Shown: positions 10,566-20,075, numbered from the stretch's first letter. The stretch: DNA of 51,828 nt from Cyanobacteria bacterium J06626_4 (GCA_038523235.1 JBCBJQ010000035.1:1-51828), one strand, 5' to 3'. Numbers and translations are program-made. Notes: generated by a model not told the origin, from the letters alone.

Positions 10566-11258
10566 GTGATTGCAAACTCTTTATCTATGAATCGTTCAGT
10601 CCCGCCACCTCAATACACCCACCTCCTCAGCGTCATTGTGCTGAGGCTGCTGATTGTCCCCTTTGTGGGGTGGGGAGGAATTCTCAGCGAGATCTTGGCA
10701 TCTTTCTTGTTTTTCTACATGACCCTGTTGATTATTCAGTCCTACCGACTGCCGCGATCGCTCTTTGTGCTTTTTGTGGCGATCTCCTCAATCGGGTTCG
10801 CTCTCGACATGATTCTGACTCTAGGCTGGACGCCTAAAACGTTCACTCCGATACTCATTGTGCAAGTGATCTATAGCCTCTTTTTTAGCTCTGCCGCCTG
10901 GTTAATTCTGCAACGCCTTCTCCAAACTTCCAGGGTCACGATGGATACGGTGAAGGGGGGCATCTGTGTTTACTTGTTGTTGGGATATACGTGGTCTTTA
11001 CTCTACGGCATCGTCTATACCTTGGACCCTAATGCCTTTTCCAGTGCTCTAGTGACAGAGGAGGGCTCGTATCTAAACATGCTGTATTTCAGCTTTATCA
11101 CCCTGACGACTCTGGGCTTTGGCGATATCGTCCCCGTCAATGAAGTCGCATCCGTGCTCACCATTTTGGAGGCCTTAGTCGGGCAGATTTATCCGGCGAT
11201 CTTTATGGCCCTGCTGGTGAGTACTTATTTAGCTCATCGACATTTACCAGAAACGTAG
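10566..11258 (+). CDS. Potassium channel family (Ion_trans_2) protein
   Basis: 'LYFSFITLTTLGFGDIVP' pore/filter motif. Confidence 0.9.
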   Translation: MIANSLSMNRSVPPPQYTHLLSVIVLRLLIVPFVGWGGILSEILASFLFFYMTLLIIQSYRLPRSLFVLFVAISSIGFALDMILTLGWTPKTFTPILIVQVIYSLFFSSAAWLILQRLLQTSRVTMDTVKGGICVYLLLGYTWSLLYGIVYTLDPNAFSSALVTEEGSYLNMLYFSFITLTTLGFGDIVPVNEVASVLTILEALVGQIYPAIFMALLVSTYLAHRHLPET

Positions 11259-11321
11259 GTTTGAGCCTGCCCTCAATCGAGCCATCCTCCCGTTCGTCAC
11301 CCTATAACCCTCACCCCCCTA

Positions 11322-13034
11322 ATGCCCATGCGTTCCCCAACGGTTTCCCAGAAATTCACCCGACGACTGCTACAAACCACGGCCATCAGTCTGTTATCTG
11401 GCATCGTCGCGACCTTACCGGCTCGCTCTGCCGACAAGATTTACTTTGACTACGGCCCCTTTGGGCGATCGCTGCCCGTCTCATCCCTAGAAGCCTTTGC
11501 GGCGGATGGCACCATTGATGCGGACCTCGCTCCCTATATCAATCGATTGCCAGACGACAGACAGCAGGACTTTCAGCGTTTTTTGAGTACACCTTTAACC
11601 ACTCTGAGCCCCAATATTCCGGAAGCCATGGGCGATCCCTTTGCCCTGTCTCAATGGCTGTACACACCCATTGGCGAAGCTGTCTTGACCGGGTTCGGCC
11701 AGATGATTGAAACCGAGAGTGGTGGGAATGGTCAGCGGGCTATTCGAGCGGCTGTCCTGCTAGCTGCCGCCGATCCTGATGGCCTGTCGCTGCTGAACAT
11801 TATCCGTCACTATCCCACCGGGGGGTTGCGGTTGGATCTGCAGCAGATTCAAACCGTGGCCAGATCGGTGACTGCCAGTAGGGAGACCACTGACGAGTTG
11901 CTCAGTGCTGCGGCCCAAAGTTCACAAGCGGCGGCCGCCGCTGAGCCCACGCTGGACTACAGCGCCCTACCCTTGCTAGCCGACAATGGTCAATTTGAAG
12001 TGCAGCAGAGATCGCTACTGCTAGACGATCGCCAGCGCGATCGCACCTATCCTGTCGACCTTTATCTGCCGGCCAACCTCAGTGCCGTCACCGGCCCCAT
12101 TCCAGTCGTGGTCTTTTCCCATGGGTTTGGGGATACTCGCAGCAATCCACAGGCCGTCACTGCCGCCCGAGAGCTAGCATCAAATGGGTTTGTGGTGGCG
12201 GTGCCAGAACATATTGGCAGCAATAAGACCTATCAAAATGGCTTGGCTCAGGGGCTGCACTCAGTCACGTTCGAAGCCACAGAGTTTATCGATCGCCCGC
12301 TAGACATTCGCTTTTTACTCGATACTCTAGAGCAAAAAAATGGCTCAGAGTTTCAGGGGCGGCTGCAATTAGAGAACGTGGGGATGATCGGTCACTCGTT
12401 TGGCGGCTACACCGCGCTAGCAACCGCTGGGGGCACCGTTGATATTAATTATTTACAGCCGCAGTGCGACTTAGAAGCGGAGCTGGGTTCAAATGATATC
12501 AATGTCGCGCTGTTACTCGCGTGCAGAGCCTTAGAGCTAGCCGAGGTGCCCGGGGCGATTCAACAATTAACCGACGGCAGTTTGGGCGATGACCGGATTG
12601 GTTTCGTATTCGCCCTTTCCCCAGTCAGCAGTCTCTTTGGCGACACCGGCCTCAGCACAATTCAGATGCCAGTGGTGCTCATGGGTGGCGAAACTGACAT
12701 GGCGACTCCCGTTGCCTTAGAACAGCTGATTGCTTTTCAGGGGCTGACGACTCCAGAGCGCTACCTATATCTGGCCGAAAACATTTCTCATTCCCCAGAG
12801 CTGACTCGACTGGTCTTAGATGTCACTAGTTCTAGCAACAACATCGTCGAGCTTTTCGACGAAAATGAAAACACGTTTTCTAACCTCGTGGTGTCTTTAG
12901 GCATTGCCCATGGGAAACTCCACTTGCTCAATGATGAGTCATATCGCCCCTATCTCACCGCCGCCTACGCTGAGGCAGCTAGTGTAGAGCCGGTCAACCT
13001 TTATCTGCTGCGATCTGTGCCAGACGGGTTTTAA
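11322..13034 (+). CDS. DUF1400 alpha/beta hydrolase
   Basis: 'ADKIYFDYGPFGRSLPVSSLEAFA', 'SHGFG', 'GHSFGG'. Confidence 0.88.
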   Translation: MPMRSPTVSQKFTRRLLQTTAISLLSGIVATLPARSADKIYFDYGPFGRSLPVSSLEAFAADGTIDADLAPYINRLPDDRQQDFQRFLSTPLTTLSPNIPEAMGDPFALSQWLYTPIGEAVLTGFGQMIETESGGNGQRAIRAAVLLAAADPDGLSLLNIIRHYPTGGLRLDLQQIQTVARSVTASRETTDELLSAAAQSSQAAAAAEPTLDYSALPLLADNGQFEVQQRSLLLDDRQRDRTYPVDLYLPANLSAVTGPIPVVVFSHGFGDTRSNPQAVTAARELASNGFVVAVPEHIGSNKTYQNGLAQGLHSVTFEATEFIDRPLDIRFLLDTLEQKNGSEFQGRLQLENVGMIGHSFGGYTALATAGGTVDINYLQPQCDLEAELGSNDINVALLLACRALELAEVPGAIQQLTDGSLGDDRIGFVFALSPVSSLFGDTGLSTIQMPVVLMGGETDMATPVALEQLIAFQGLTTPERYLYLAENISHSPELTRLVLDVTSSSNNIVELFDENENTFSNLVVSLGIAHGKLHLLNDESYRPYLTAAYAEAASVEPVNLYLLRSVPDGF

Positions 13035-13557
13035 GCCGTAGCCCCCTCCTTCCGCAGGAATACTCACAGCCTGTAAGGTGTTTGAAAACCGTGAAGCGTC
13101 TCCTGAGCCAACAGCTTGGCGAGGCTATTCACGGTTTCGTCGTGCTCTTGGATTCGCCCCCTTAATCGTTCTCGGGGTGTTCAGCGTTGGCAGCGCCAGG
13201 GTGAACAGAGAGGCGATCGAGAATTTCGGGCAGCGGGGTCTGCTGCAAGGCGGTTAAAGGATGGGCGTCAATCACCTCGTTCCAGAAAGGCAGTTGGCAA
13301 ACAGCAGATTCGAGCAAAATTCTAGGCTCAGAAGATATCCACAAGGGGTTTTGAGTCAATGTACTGCCCCCTCAATGTATGAGACGGCAAACAGAATTGT
13401 TGCGAGGCTATTTTGATTTTCGAACTTTCAGGCAAGAACCGTAACGGAATTTTGCAGGATTAATACTACTCGACGCCTTTGATAAATCCTGAGAACGCCA
13501 TCGGAAAATTGTCCCTTGGCGGTGTATCTAAGGGCAGCATGACCAGCAACCCGGTTA

Positions 13558-15195
13558 TTGCCATCCGACTCGGATTCTCCTGCAACCATGAAATTGCTGC
13601 CGCGCGATCGCTTTTCCATCCAAACTCATCAGCCGCGATCGGTGATTGTCAAAACCCTAGAACCTCACATCGAAGCGCCTCGGCTGCGATGGGGATTCTC
13701 TCGCGAACATGCTTCTTACACCGGTACGCTGTCTGATTCGGGCTTCGAGATTCGCCGCATTATTCACTACCGCAACTCCTCTTTGCCTCAGATTTGCGGT
13801 CGGTTTGAATCGGAGTCTCAAGGCACAACGGTTCATATCACCATGGGCTTACACCCGCTCGTTTTGGTCTTCTTAGGGGTTTGGGGCTCGATTTGGTACA
13901 GCCTCACCATCCCCATCGCCCTATCGGGAGCGCTCACCGGGGATGTGCAACCAGAAATCCTGGTATTTTTAGGGGCTCCGTTAGCCGTGCTCCTCATCTT
14001 TTGGGGGGGCTTTTGGTCTGAAGCCCAGCGCAGTCGGCGCGAACTCACCCAAATTATTCAGGGTGACCTCCTACCGGCTTCTCCCCCTAATCACGGCGGA
14101 TGGCGACCCCTCAAGTGGCTCATTGGGGTGATTGTCGCCGCCAATCTGGCCATACTGATGCATCAACAGCTCCTGATGCCGGGCGGCTCGACCCCATCAC
14201 CGGCAACGCAGCTGTGTACTCAAAGTCCGCCCCCCTCACCCTATTGTGAGTTGGCTCGGATGCAAACGTTGACCGACCATCCCGCGGCTACCCAATTGGC
14301 CCTGAGCCCGGATGGTCAAACGCTGGTCAGCGGCGGCTCTGATAAAGCCATTCGGGTTTGGGATTTAACCACCGGTACGTTGAAGCAAACGTGGCCGAGT
14401 GATTCGGGCCTGATTACGGCGCTGGCGATCGCCCCAGATAATCACACGGTCATCAGTGGGGCGGGCGATCGCATGGTACGCATCTGGGATGCGACCACTC
14501 CCAATCAGTCGCCGCAAATGCTCCAGGGCCATACTACCCATGACCTCAGTTTAGTGAGGGTGACTGCTGACAACACCACCATTGTGAGTGGTGGCTACGG
14601 CGAGGTAAACCTGTGGAATCGGGACACAGGAGACCTGGAAACGACCCTACCTGAACCGGGGCCGACCGAATTTCAAATTGGGCCAGTTACCGTCGTCAAT
14701 AGCCTGCCTTACTTTCGTCTGTTAGATATCAGTACTAATGGCCAAAAGCTGTTAGTCGATACCAGAGGTCGGTTACAGATTTGGGATTTGGCCACTAACG
14801 AGCAAACAGAGTTACCCCGCCAGTGGTTTACTAACCTCACCTCGGCCCACTTCAGCCCGGATGCTGAAACCGTGGTTACGACCTCCTATACCCAGCCTAA
14901 GGTGCATCTCAAAGCCTGGAACCCAGCCACCGGTGAGCTGCAGGCCAAGATTTTGGTGTCGAGTGCGCGGGAAAGTTGGGGCTACGGCGATCGCCTAGCG
15001 CTGACGAATGATGTGGTGATGGTCAGCACGGCTGACGGGCTGAAGATTTGGGATTTGCAGACTGCAGAGCTAGTCGCCGTGTTAGATCCGGCGCCCATCT
15101 CCCAACTGATCGTGAGCCCGGATGGTCGCCAACTGATTGGCCTTGCCAATGACGGCGCGAACAACACTCAAATTAAAGTCTGGCAACGCCCCTAA
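13558..15195 (+). CDS. Membrane-anchored WD40 repeat protein
   Basis: 'LALSPDGQTLVSGGSDKAIRVWD' type repeats after N-terminal TM segments; start probably ATG 13588. Confidence 0.88.
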   Translation: MPSDSDSPATMKLLPRDRFSIQTHQPRSVIVKTLEPHIEAPRLRWGFSREHASYTGTLSDSGFEIRRIIHYRNSSLPQICGRFESESQGTTVHITMGLHPLVLVFLGVWGSIWYSLTIPIALSGALTGDVQPEILVFLGAPLAVLLIFWGGFWSEAQRSRRELTQIIQGDLLPASPPNHGGWRPLKWLIGVIVAANLAILMHQQLLMPGGSTPSPATQLCTQSPPPSPYCELARMQTLTDHPAATQLALSPDGQTLVSGGSDKAIRVWDLTTGTLKQTWPSDSGLITALAIAPDNHTVISGAGDRMVRIWDATTPNQSPQMLQGHTTHDLSLVRVTADNTTIVSGGYGEVNLWNRDTGDLETTLPEPGPTEFQIGPVTVVNSLPYFRLLDISTNGQKLLVDTRGRLQIWDLATNEQTELPRQWFTNLTSAHFSPDAETVVTTSYTQPKVHLKAWNPATGELQAKILVSSARESWGYGDRLALTNDVVMVSTADGLKIWDLQTAELVAVLDPAPISQLIVSPDGRQLIGLANDGANNTQIKVWQRP

Positions 15196-15338
15196 TTCAC
15201 CCACACAAAAAGCCCTCCCATTGGAGAGCGCCTTGAGATTCAGGCTCAGCGAAGCAGATGTACTGCAGCAGAGTGAGGCGTTTCTCAGACCAGGACTTGA
15301 ATAATTCAGCTCTGGTCTGAGATTCCACCCCTGGAACG

Positions 15339-16520
15339 TTATCCCTTGACGCACATCACCTGCTTGAGCGTAGCCACGACCTCAACCAGATCGGCCTGGT
15401 TGGCCATCACCTGCTCAATCGGCTTGTACGCACCCGGAATTTCATCCAGGACACCGGCATCTTTGCGGCACTCGACACCCGCCGTTTGCTGCACCAGATC
15501 ATCCAGCGTAAAGGCCTTCTTTGCCTTGGTGCGAGACATTTGACGACCCGCCCCGTGGGAGCAAGAGCAAAACGCCGCAGCAGCCCCCTTGCCCTTCACA
15601 ATGAAGGATTTCGCCCCCATTGAGCCGGGAATGATACCGTAGTCGTTTTTCTGCGCCCGCACGGCCCCCTTCCGAGTCACGTACACATCTTCGCCAAAAT
15701 GCACTTCGCGCTCGGCGTAGTTGTGGTGGCAGTTGACCTGCAGTTCTGGCTTAAAGGGCTTGCCACCCGCCAACTGCGTTTCGACCACCCGCTTAAACCG
15801 GGCCATCATGACCTCTCGATTGCGCAGGGCGTAGTTTTGCGCCCACTGCAGATCGCGCCAGTACGCCTCAAACTCCGGCGTGCCCTGCACAAAGTGCGAC
15901 AGATCCGGATCAGGCAGCTTCAGGCCCGCCAGCTTCGCCAGCGCTTTGGCTGACTCAATATGGCGCTGGGCCAGCATGTTGCCGATATGGCGGCTGCCAG
16001 AGTGCAGCATCAGCCAGACCTGGGCGTCGGTATCCACACACAACTCGATGAAATGGTTACCGCCGCCGAGGCTGCCCATCTGCTTTTGAGCTTTATCTTG
16101 GAGCTTTTGCACTTTAGGGTGCAGCTCCTTGAAGTCACTCCAGCCCTGCCAGTTGGTGACGTCTTTATCAACTTGCTGGTTTTGGTTAAAGCCAACAGGA
16201 ATCAGCTTTTCAACCTCGGTGCGAATCTGCTTGAGTTTGCCGTCGAGCTGATCGGCGTGATACGGGGTTTTGACGGCGCACATGCCGCAGCCAATATCGA
16301 CCCCCACCGCCGCTGGCACGATCGCTTCCTTCGTCGCCACCACCGAGCCGACCAGTGCCCCTTTACCCAAATGAACGTCGGGCATCAGGGCCACATGCTT
16401 GTGGACAAAAGGCAGCGAGGCCACATTTTGGGCCATCTTGGTTTCGTTAGCACCCAGCTCATGCCCCGCCCAAGACAGCACGGGCACCGCTGTTGATAGA
16501 TCTAATGGCATGTAAGGCAT
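15339..16520 (-). CDS. rtcB: RNA 2',3'-cyclic phosphate ligase RtcB
   Basis: MPDVHLGKG, VGVDIGCG, GGGNHFIE, HSGSR, HHNY, TRKGA, PGSMG, SHGAGR, DEIPGAYK. Confidence 0.97.
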   Translation of the reverse strand: MPYMPLDLSTAVPVLSWAGHELGANETKMAQNVASLPFVHKHVALMPDVHLGKGALVGSVVATKEAIVPAAVGVDIGCGMCAVKTPYHADQLDGKLKQIRTEVEKLIPVGFNQNQQVDKDVTNWQGWSDFKELHPKVQKLQDKAQKQMGSLGGGNHFIELCVDTDAQVWLMLHSGSRHIGNMLAQRHIESAKALAKLAGLKLPDPDLSHFVQGTPEFEAYWRDLQWAQNYALRNREVMMARFKRVVETQLAGGKPFKPELQVNCHHNYAEREVHFGEDVYVTRKGAVRAQKNDYGIIPGSMGAKSFIVKGKGAAAAFCSCSHGAGRQMSRTKAKKAFTLDDLVQQTAGVECRKDAGVLDEIPGAYKPIEQVMANQADLVEVVATLKQVMCVKG

Positions 16521-16720
16521 AGCTTGTATCCTTTTGTGTTTGTAAAAATTTCCCCGTTCAGGAAACCATCAAAGTTTCATCATTGAAGTCTGCTCGCTCA
16601 GGAATGAGTGACTGACGTTGATCGCCAGTTTTCCCCTTACCCAACCCTCACTGATTCGATAAATCAATACGCGGTAGTAAACGGTTACAGTACCCGATGC
16701 GCTTGTCACAATACTGGGCG

Positions 16721-16841
16721 TGATTTGTAAATGGGATTTGAACCCATCTGCACTGCCCCAGTGCAACCAGGGGATCGGTGAACAGCCGATGGATTCCAAC
16801 TTGATCCAGTTGGCGGATTCGTATTCGCCTTTATCAAATCA
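16721..16841 (-). ncRNA. Cloverleaf-like structured RNA upstream of rtcB
   Basis: Closing stem TGATTTG/CAAATCA; arms GGCG/CGCC, ATCGG/CCGAT, TGCACTG/CAGTGCA; T-arm ATGGG-TTCAAAT-CCCAT. Confidence 0.55.
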
Positions 16842-16937
16842 GCTACCAACTCATTTCCCTGGAATGGATTGAGGGCCACTGTTTAGCGACCCTCAATCCT
16901 CCGTTTTCTGAGCGGACTAACCCTTATCCAGATTCAG

Positions 16938-17112
16938 ACCTGGAGTTTTTGCCGCCGATCTAACCTCACCGCCTGCAGCACCTCTCCTTAATTAAGGAGA
17001 GGTTGACTCACAGTCTGGTCAAAAGTCAGGTTCAAATTGAACAAGGACTCCGGTTCCTCTCTTTGATAAGGAGAGGTCAGGTGAGGTTTGTGCCATCGCT
17101 CAAAACTCAGGT
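16938..17112. mobile_element. MITE-like palindromic repeat
   Basis: ACCTGGAGTTTT...AAAACTCAGGT ends; internal AACCTCACC/GGTGAGGTT and two CCTCTC-N-GAGAGG hairpins. Confidence 0.55.
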
Positions 17113-17130
17113 TTTCGACTTGACGGTGGT

Positions 17131-17589
17131 TTATGCCTCCACCAGATCCGTGGCCCAATTAAGCGCCTGAATCTGAGCGTCTAACTCACGATACTCGCGC
17201 GAAAGCTGGTCGATCTGGCGTTGCAGTTCAGCCACATTCACCGTGCTCACCAGCCGTAATTCCGATCGCATGTACCGCTCTTGCGAAATCGCTGCTGCCC
17301 CGATGAGGCTGTCATAGGCGGTGCGCTTGAGCCGTAGCGTATCTCGGGTGGCCAATACATCAGACAACACCCCAGCTTGAAACGGCGTAACCGAGTTGGT
17401 GCGATTAATTTGTTGAATCAACCGCGTCAGCTCGTCGGTGGTCGCTTCTAACTCTGCCAGCAATACTTGCGGATCTTCTGGCGGCTGCTCGCCTTCTTGC
17501 ACCCGAGCACTCCGCATCAGTCGCTGCCGCAGTTGAGCCACCCGCTTTTGGGCATCAGCTCGCAAAATCAAGGCTTCTGCCAACTTCAT
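17131..17589 (-). CDS. DIP1984-family coiled-coil protein
   Basis: 'MKLAEALILRAD...VQEGEQPPEDP...INRTN...IQALNW'; RBS AGGAGGTGA. Confidence 0.85.
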   Translation of the reverse strand: MKLAEALILRADAQKRVAQLRQRLMRSARVQEGEQPPEDPQVLLAELEATTDELTRLIQQINRTNSVTPFQAGVLSDVLATRDTLRLKRTAYDSLIGAAAISQERYMRSELRLVSTVNVAELQRQIDQLSREYRELDAQIQALNWATDLVEA

Positions 17590-17651
17590 CACTCTCACCT
17601 CCTGTTCGTAAATTTTGTATGGGGGAGCCGCATCGCGGCCAGTGCTAATCC

Positions 17652-17932
17652 CTAAAAGTAGTGGTCGCGCAGGCTGCCGTCGTATCGCCCGCTATTGCGA
17701 CAGCATCGCTTGAAAGCAACGTCCCGAACCGCAAGGACACAGGTCGTTGTTGCCGAGTTTTTCCTGCAGTTCTTTATCGCCGTGCACGATACGGACACCT
17801 CGTTTCACCGCAGTTTCAGATGGATAGCCACGACGCCGTTTGCTTGAGCGAACAAAAGCCAGCGGCGGTTTCGTCAAAGTCTGCCGAGAGATCTTCGAGG
17901 TTGATTTTGGCGTTGGGGTTAAAGCGTTTCAT
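17652..17932 (-). CDS. SEC-C zinc-binding protein encoded across three frames (two +1 shifts), ~92 aa
   Basis: RBS GGAGGTGA then ATG 17932; +1 at TTT-T (17857-17854); +1 at TTT-C (17715-17712) completes [18 protein letters not shown]. Confidence 0.7.
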
Positions 17933-17965
17933 GATTCTCACCTCCGGTTACATGGATAAGCGCAG

Positions 17966-18758
17966 TTACTTTGACTGCTGGGCTAACTGGTTCTTGATCA
18001 GCCGAATTTCCTTTTTATTGCACTGCTGTTTGCTCACCGCATAAACTTTGCGTCCTGCGATATATTCAGCAGTCTGGGCAGAGACCTGACCCTGCAAAAT
18101 ATCGGTAACCGGGTCGATGCAAATTGCTGGAAATTCAGCAAACGTCACCCGATACCAAATGCCCTTGAGTTGGCGATACTGATGATTAGCATCGATCGCT
18201 AAGACATCGGTCGGGGGAGTGGGTTTTGGCTTCCGACGTTTTTTCTCCACCAGACAAAGCAAGCCTGTTTCTGGATGGACGTAGAAGCGATCGTGATAAC
18301 TACTTACTAGGGGAGCAAAGCTGCCCCACTCTGGCTTTTCATATAGAACACCCTCAATGATTTCGGTGTGCCGAACCACGTCATCCCAGACATGACTGAG
18401 CACATGCTGTCCCGCCAAGGTGTTGGTATTCAACTGGCGGCACAGCTTGCTGTAAACGTCGTTCCAAGGTTGACCGACGTGCGATCGCAAAAACCGTCGC
18501 AGTGGCCCTAAATGATCAGACAAATACTTAGACTTGTCTCTCGGCTTAATCAAATACGGACTGAGTAAGCCATCCTCACTGGCCTCCTGGGTGAGTTTGT
18601 GCAAGCGCTTTTTGACACCCTTCAACTTTCGAGAACTCATCCGCATACCACTCCGAGGACGTTCAATGACAATTTCGCTCAAACGATGCTCGCTCATAGA
18701 TTTGACTGTGCATAAAGTTGGACTGCGATCGTTGGGTTGTGATGCGAAATGACGTCAT
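17966..18758 (-). CDS. Conserved basic hypothetical protein, probably initiated at 18758 with +1 shift at TTT-C
   Basis: 243-aa ORF from 18697 has no visible SD; SD-led ATG at 18758 joins it in the +1 frame without stops. Confidence 0.7.
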
Positions 18759-18818
18759 TGAACTCACCTCCGAGAGAAATTTAGAACTGCAAAAATCGCC
18801 CAAACGCCACAAAGCATT

Positions 18819-18919
18819 TGGGGTGACTGACGGGACTCTAACCCGCTAATACTGGTGTCACAAACCAGCGCCGCGATCGCTTTGGCTAGCCCCTCCGGGG
18901 CGGCTTCGCCAACAGTCAC
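18819..18919 (-). tRNA. tRNA-His(GTG) copy 2, interrupted by 24-nt insert (18889-18912)
   Basis: GTGACTG/CAGTCAC-C-CCA; CTGGT-TTGTGAC-ACCAG. Confidence 0.75.
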
Positions 18920-18921
18920 AG

Positions 18922-18995
18922 TGGATTCGGTGGGAGTTGAACCCACAACCTCCTGTGTGCAAGACAGGCGCTCTCCCAGTTAGAGCTACGAACCC
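18922..18995 (-). tRNA. tRNA-Ala(TGC)
   Basis: GGGTTCG/CGAATCC with G3.U70; loop CTTGCAC. Confidence 0.9.
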
Positions 18996-19000
18996 AAGAG

Positions 19001-19097
19001 CAGGCGTGGCAGGAGTTGTTCGCAAAGCGTCTCCGGAGGAGAAACCTACACAGGTCGATTTAGAAGACCGATGCCCTTTCCATTAGGCGACACGCCT
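19001..19097 (-). tRNA. tRNA-Arg(TCT), interrupted in T-loop (19019-19042)
   Basis: AGGCGTG/CACGCCT; loop CTTCTAA; GTAGG-TT[24 nt]CAACT-CCTGC. Confidence 0.8.
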
Positions 19098-19102
19098 ATA
19101 TC

Positions 19103-19177
19103 TGGTAGTCCTGGTAGGAATTGAACCTACAACCTCTCGTTTGTAAGACGCTTGCTCTACCGTTGAGCTACAGGACC
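19103..19177 (-). tRNA. tRNA-Val(TAC)
   Basis: Cloverleaf with CCA; loop CTTACAA; weak anticodon stem. Confidence 0.8.
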
Positions 19178-19182
19178 ACCCA

Positions 19183-19253
19183 AGCGAGTGATGGGAGTTG
19201 AACCCATGCGCTGAGACTGGCAGACTCAGATGCTACCGCTACATCACACCCGC
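19183..19253 (-). tRNA. tRNA-Gly(GCC)
   Basis: GCGGGTG/CACTCGC-T; loop CTGCCAG. Confidence 0.8.
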
Positions 19254-19259
19254 ATTGAT

Positions 19260-19334
19260 TGGAGCGAAAGACGAGATTTGCACTCGTGTCTCCTGGTTGG
19301 AAGCCAGGGATGCTAGCTGCTGCACTACTTTCGC
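19260..19334 (-). tRNA. tRNA-Gly(TCC)
   Basis: GCGAAAG/CTTTCGC-T-CCA; loop CTTCCAA; T-loop TGCAAAT. Confidence 0.85.
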
Positions 19335-19337
19335 AAA

Positions 19338-19412
19338 TGGGGCTGGTGACAGGAGTTGAACCTGCAACCGACTGTTTACAAAACAGTTGCTCTACCGTTG
19401 AGCCACACCAGC
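19338..19412 (-). tRNA. tRNA-Thr(TGT)
   Basis: GCTGGTG/CACCAGC-C-CCA; loop TTTGTAA. Confidence 0.9.
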
Positions 19413-19415
19413 TTG

Positions 19416-19492
19416 TGGACGCGGGGGTGAGAATTGCACTCACTGATTTGAAGGGTATGAACCTTCCGAGCCACTGTTGCTCCATCCCCGCA
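19416..19492 (-). tRNA. tRNA-Met(CAT), atypical
   Basis: TGCGGGG/CCCCGCG-T-CCA; GAAGG-TTCATAC-CCTTC. Confidence 0.7.
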
Positions 19493-19566
19493 TACCCCTG
19501 ACAGGAGTCGAACCTGCAACAAACTTGTTTTAAGCAAGCCATGTCTACCAGTTGCATCACAGGGGT
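19493..19566 (-). tRNA. tRNA-Leu(TAA), short variable loop, no intron
   Basis: ACCCCTG/CAGGGGT-A; loop CTTAAAA. Confidence 0.85.
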
Positions 19567-19578
19567 TAAGAACCTTAG

Positions 19579-19640
19579 TTTGACGATGCTAGATTTCAAA
19601 TTGTGCAAATCTAAAATTCAAAATCGTCAATCTAAAATCC
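19579..19640. repeat. STRR-type heptamer repeats (also 19717-19742)
   Basis: AAAATTC/AAAATCG/TCAATCT-like units between tRNA genes. Confidence 0.6.
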
Positions 19641-19642
19641 CA

Positions 19643-19715
19643 TGGGCTGTATAGGACTTGAACCTATGCACTGCCGCTTAAGAGGCGGCTGCTCTGCCAG
19701 CTGAGCTAACAACCC
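19643..19715 (-). tRNA. tRNA-Lys(CTT)
   Basis: GGGTTGT/ACAGCCC; loop CTCTTAA. Confidence 0.9.
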
Positions 19716-19748
19716 GTAAAATTGAAAATTCAAAATTTTCAATGCCAG

Positions 19749-19820
19749 TGGGTCGCCCAGGGGTTGAACCTGGATCTCTCCGCTTAAAAGGCGGCTGTAT
19801 ATCCGCTCTGCCAGCGACCC
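19749..19820 (-). tRNA. tRNA-Lys(TTT)
   Basis: GGGTCGC/GCGACCC; loop CTTTTAA; weak D-stem. Confidence 0.8.
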
Positions 19821-19827
19821 AGACAAG

Positions 19828-19903
19828 TGGTACACCGAGCAGGAATCGAACCTGCTATAACGCACTAATCAGGTGCGCGCGTCACCATTTTCGCCTTCGG
19901 TGC
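19828..19903 (-). tRNA. tRNA-Ile(GAT)
   Basis: GCACCGA/TCGGTGT-A-CCA; CGCAC-CTGATTA-GTGCG. Confidence 0.8.
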
Positions 19904-19919
19904 TTGAGCCTTCCCATCA

Positions 19920-20075
19920 ACTCCTTGACCCCAAGCAAGACTTCTGACCACTGAATGACATCCTGATTGGTACTCCTACTGAGAGTCGTATGTCCTTCAG
20001 ACAGATTGCGTCCACGCGTCAGTGTCTCCAAAGGAGAAACCCACACGTAGGCTATTTCTAAGGCAGCCGCCTCTG
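19920..20075 (-). pseudogene. Decayed duplicate of the tRNA-Leu(TAG)/tRNA-Pro(TGG) pair with 49-nt nested insertion
   Basis: Aligns by eye to 20229-20336; insert 19989-20037 sits in the Leu T-loop. Confidence 0.75.

Noticed and set aside
16520..16799. prfB-like CTT-TGA site ending a 76-aa ORF in frame with rtcB
   Set aside because: A +1 shift does not reach the rtcB frame, there is no internal SD, rtcB has its own AAGGA SD, and the ORF overlaps a structured RNA. Probably chance.
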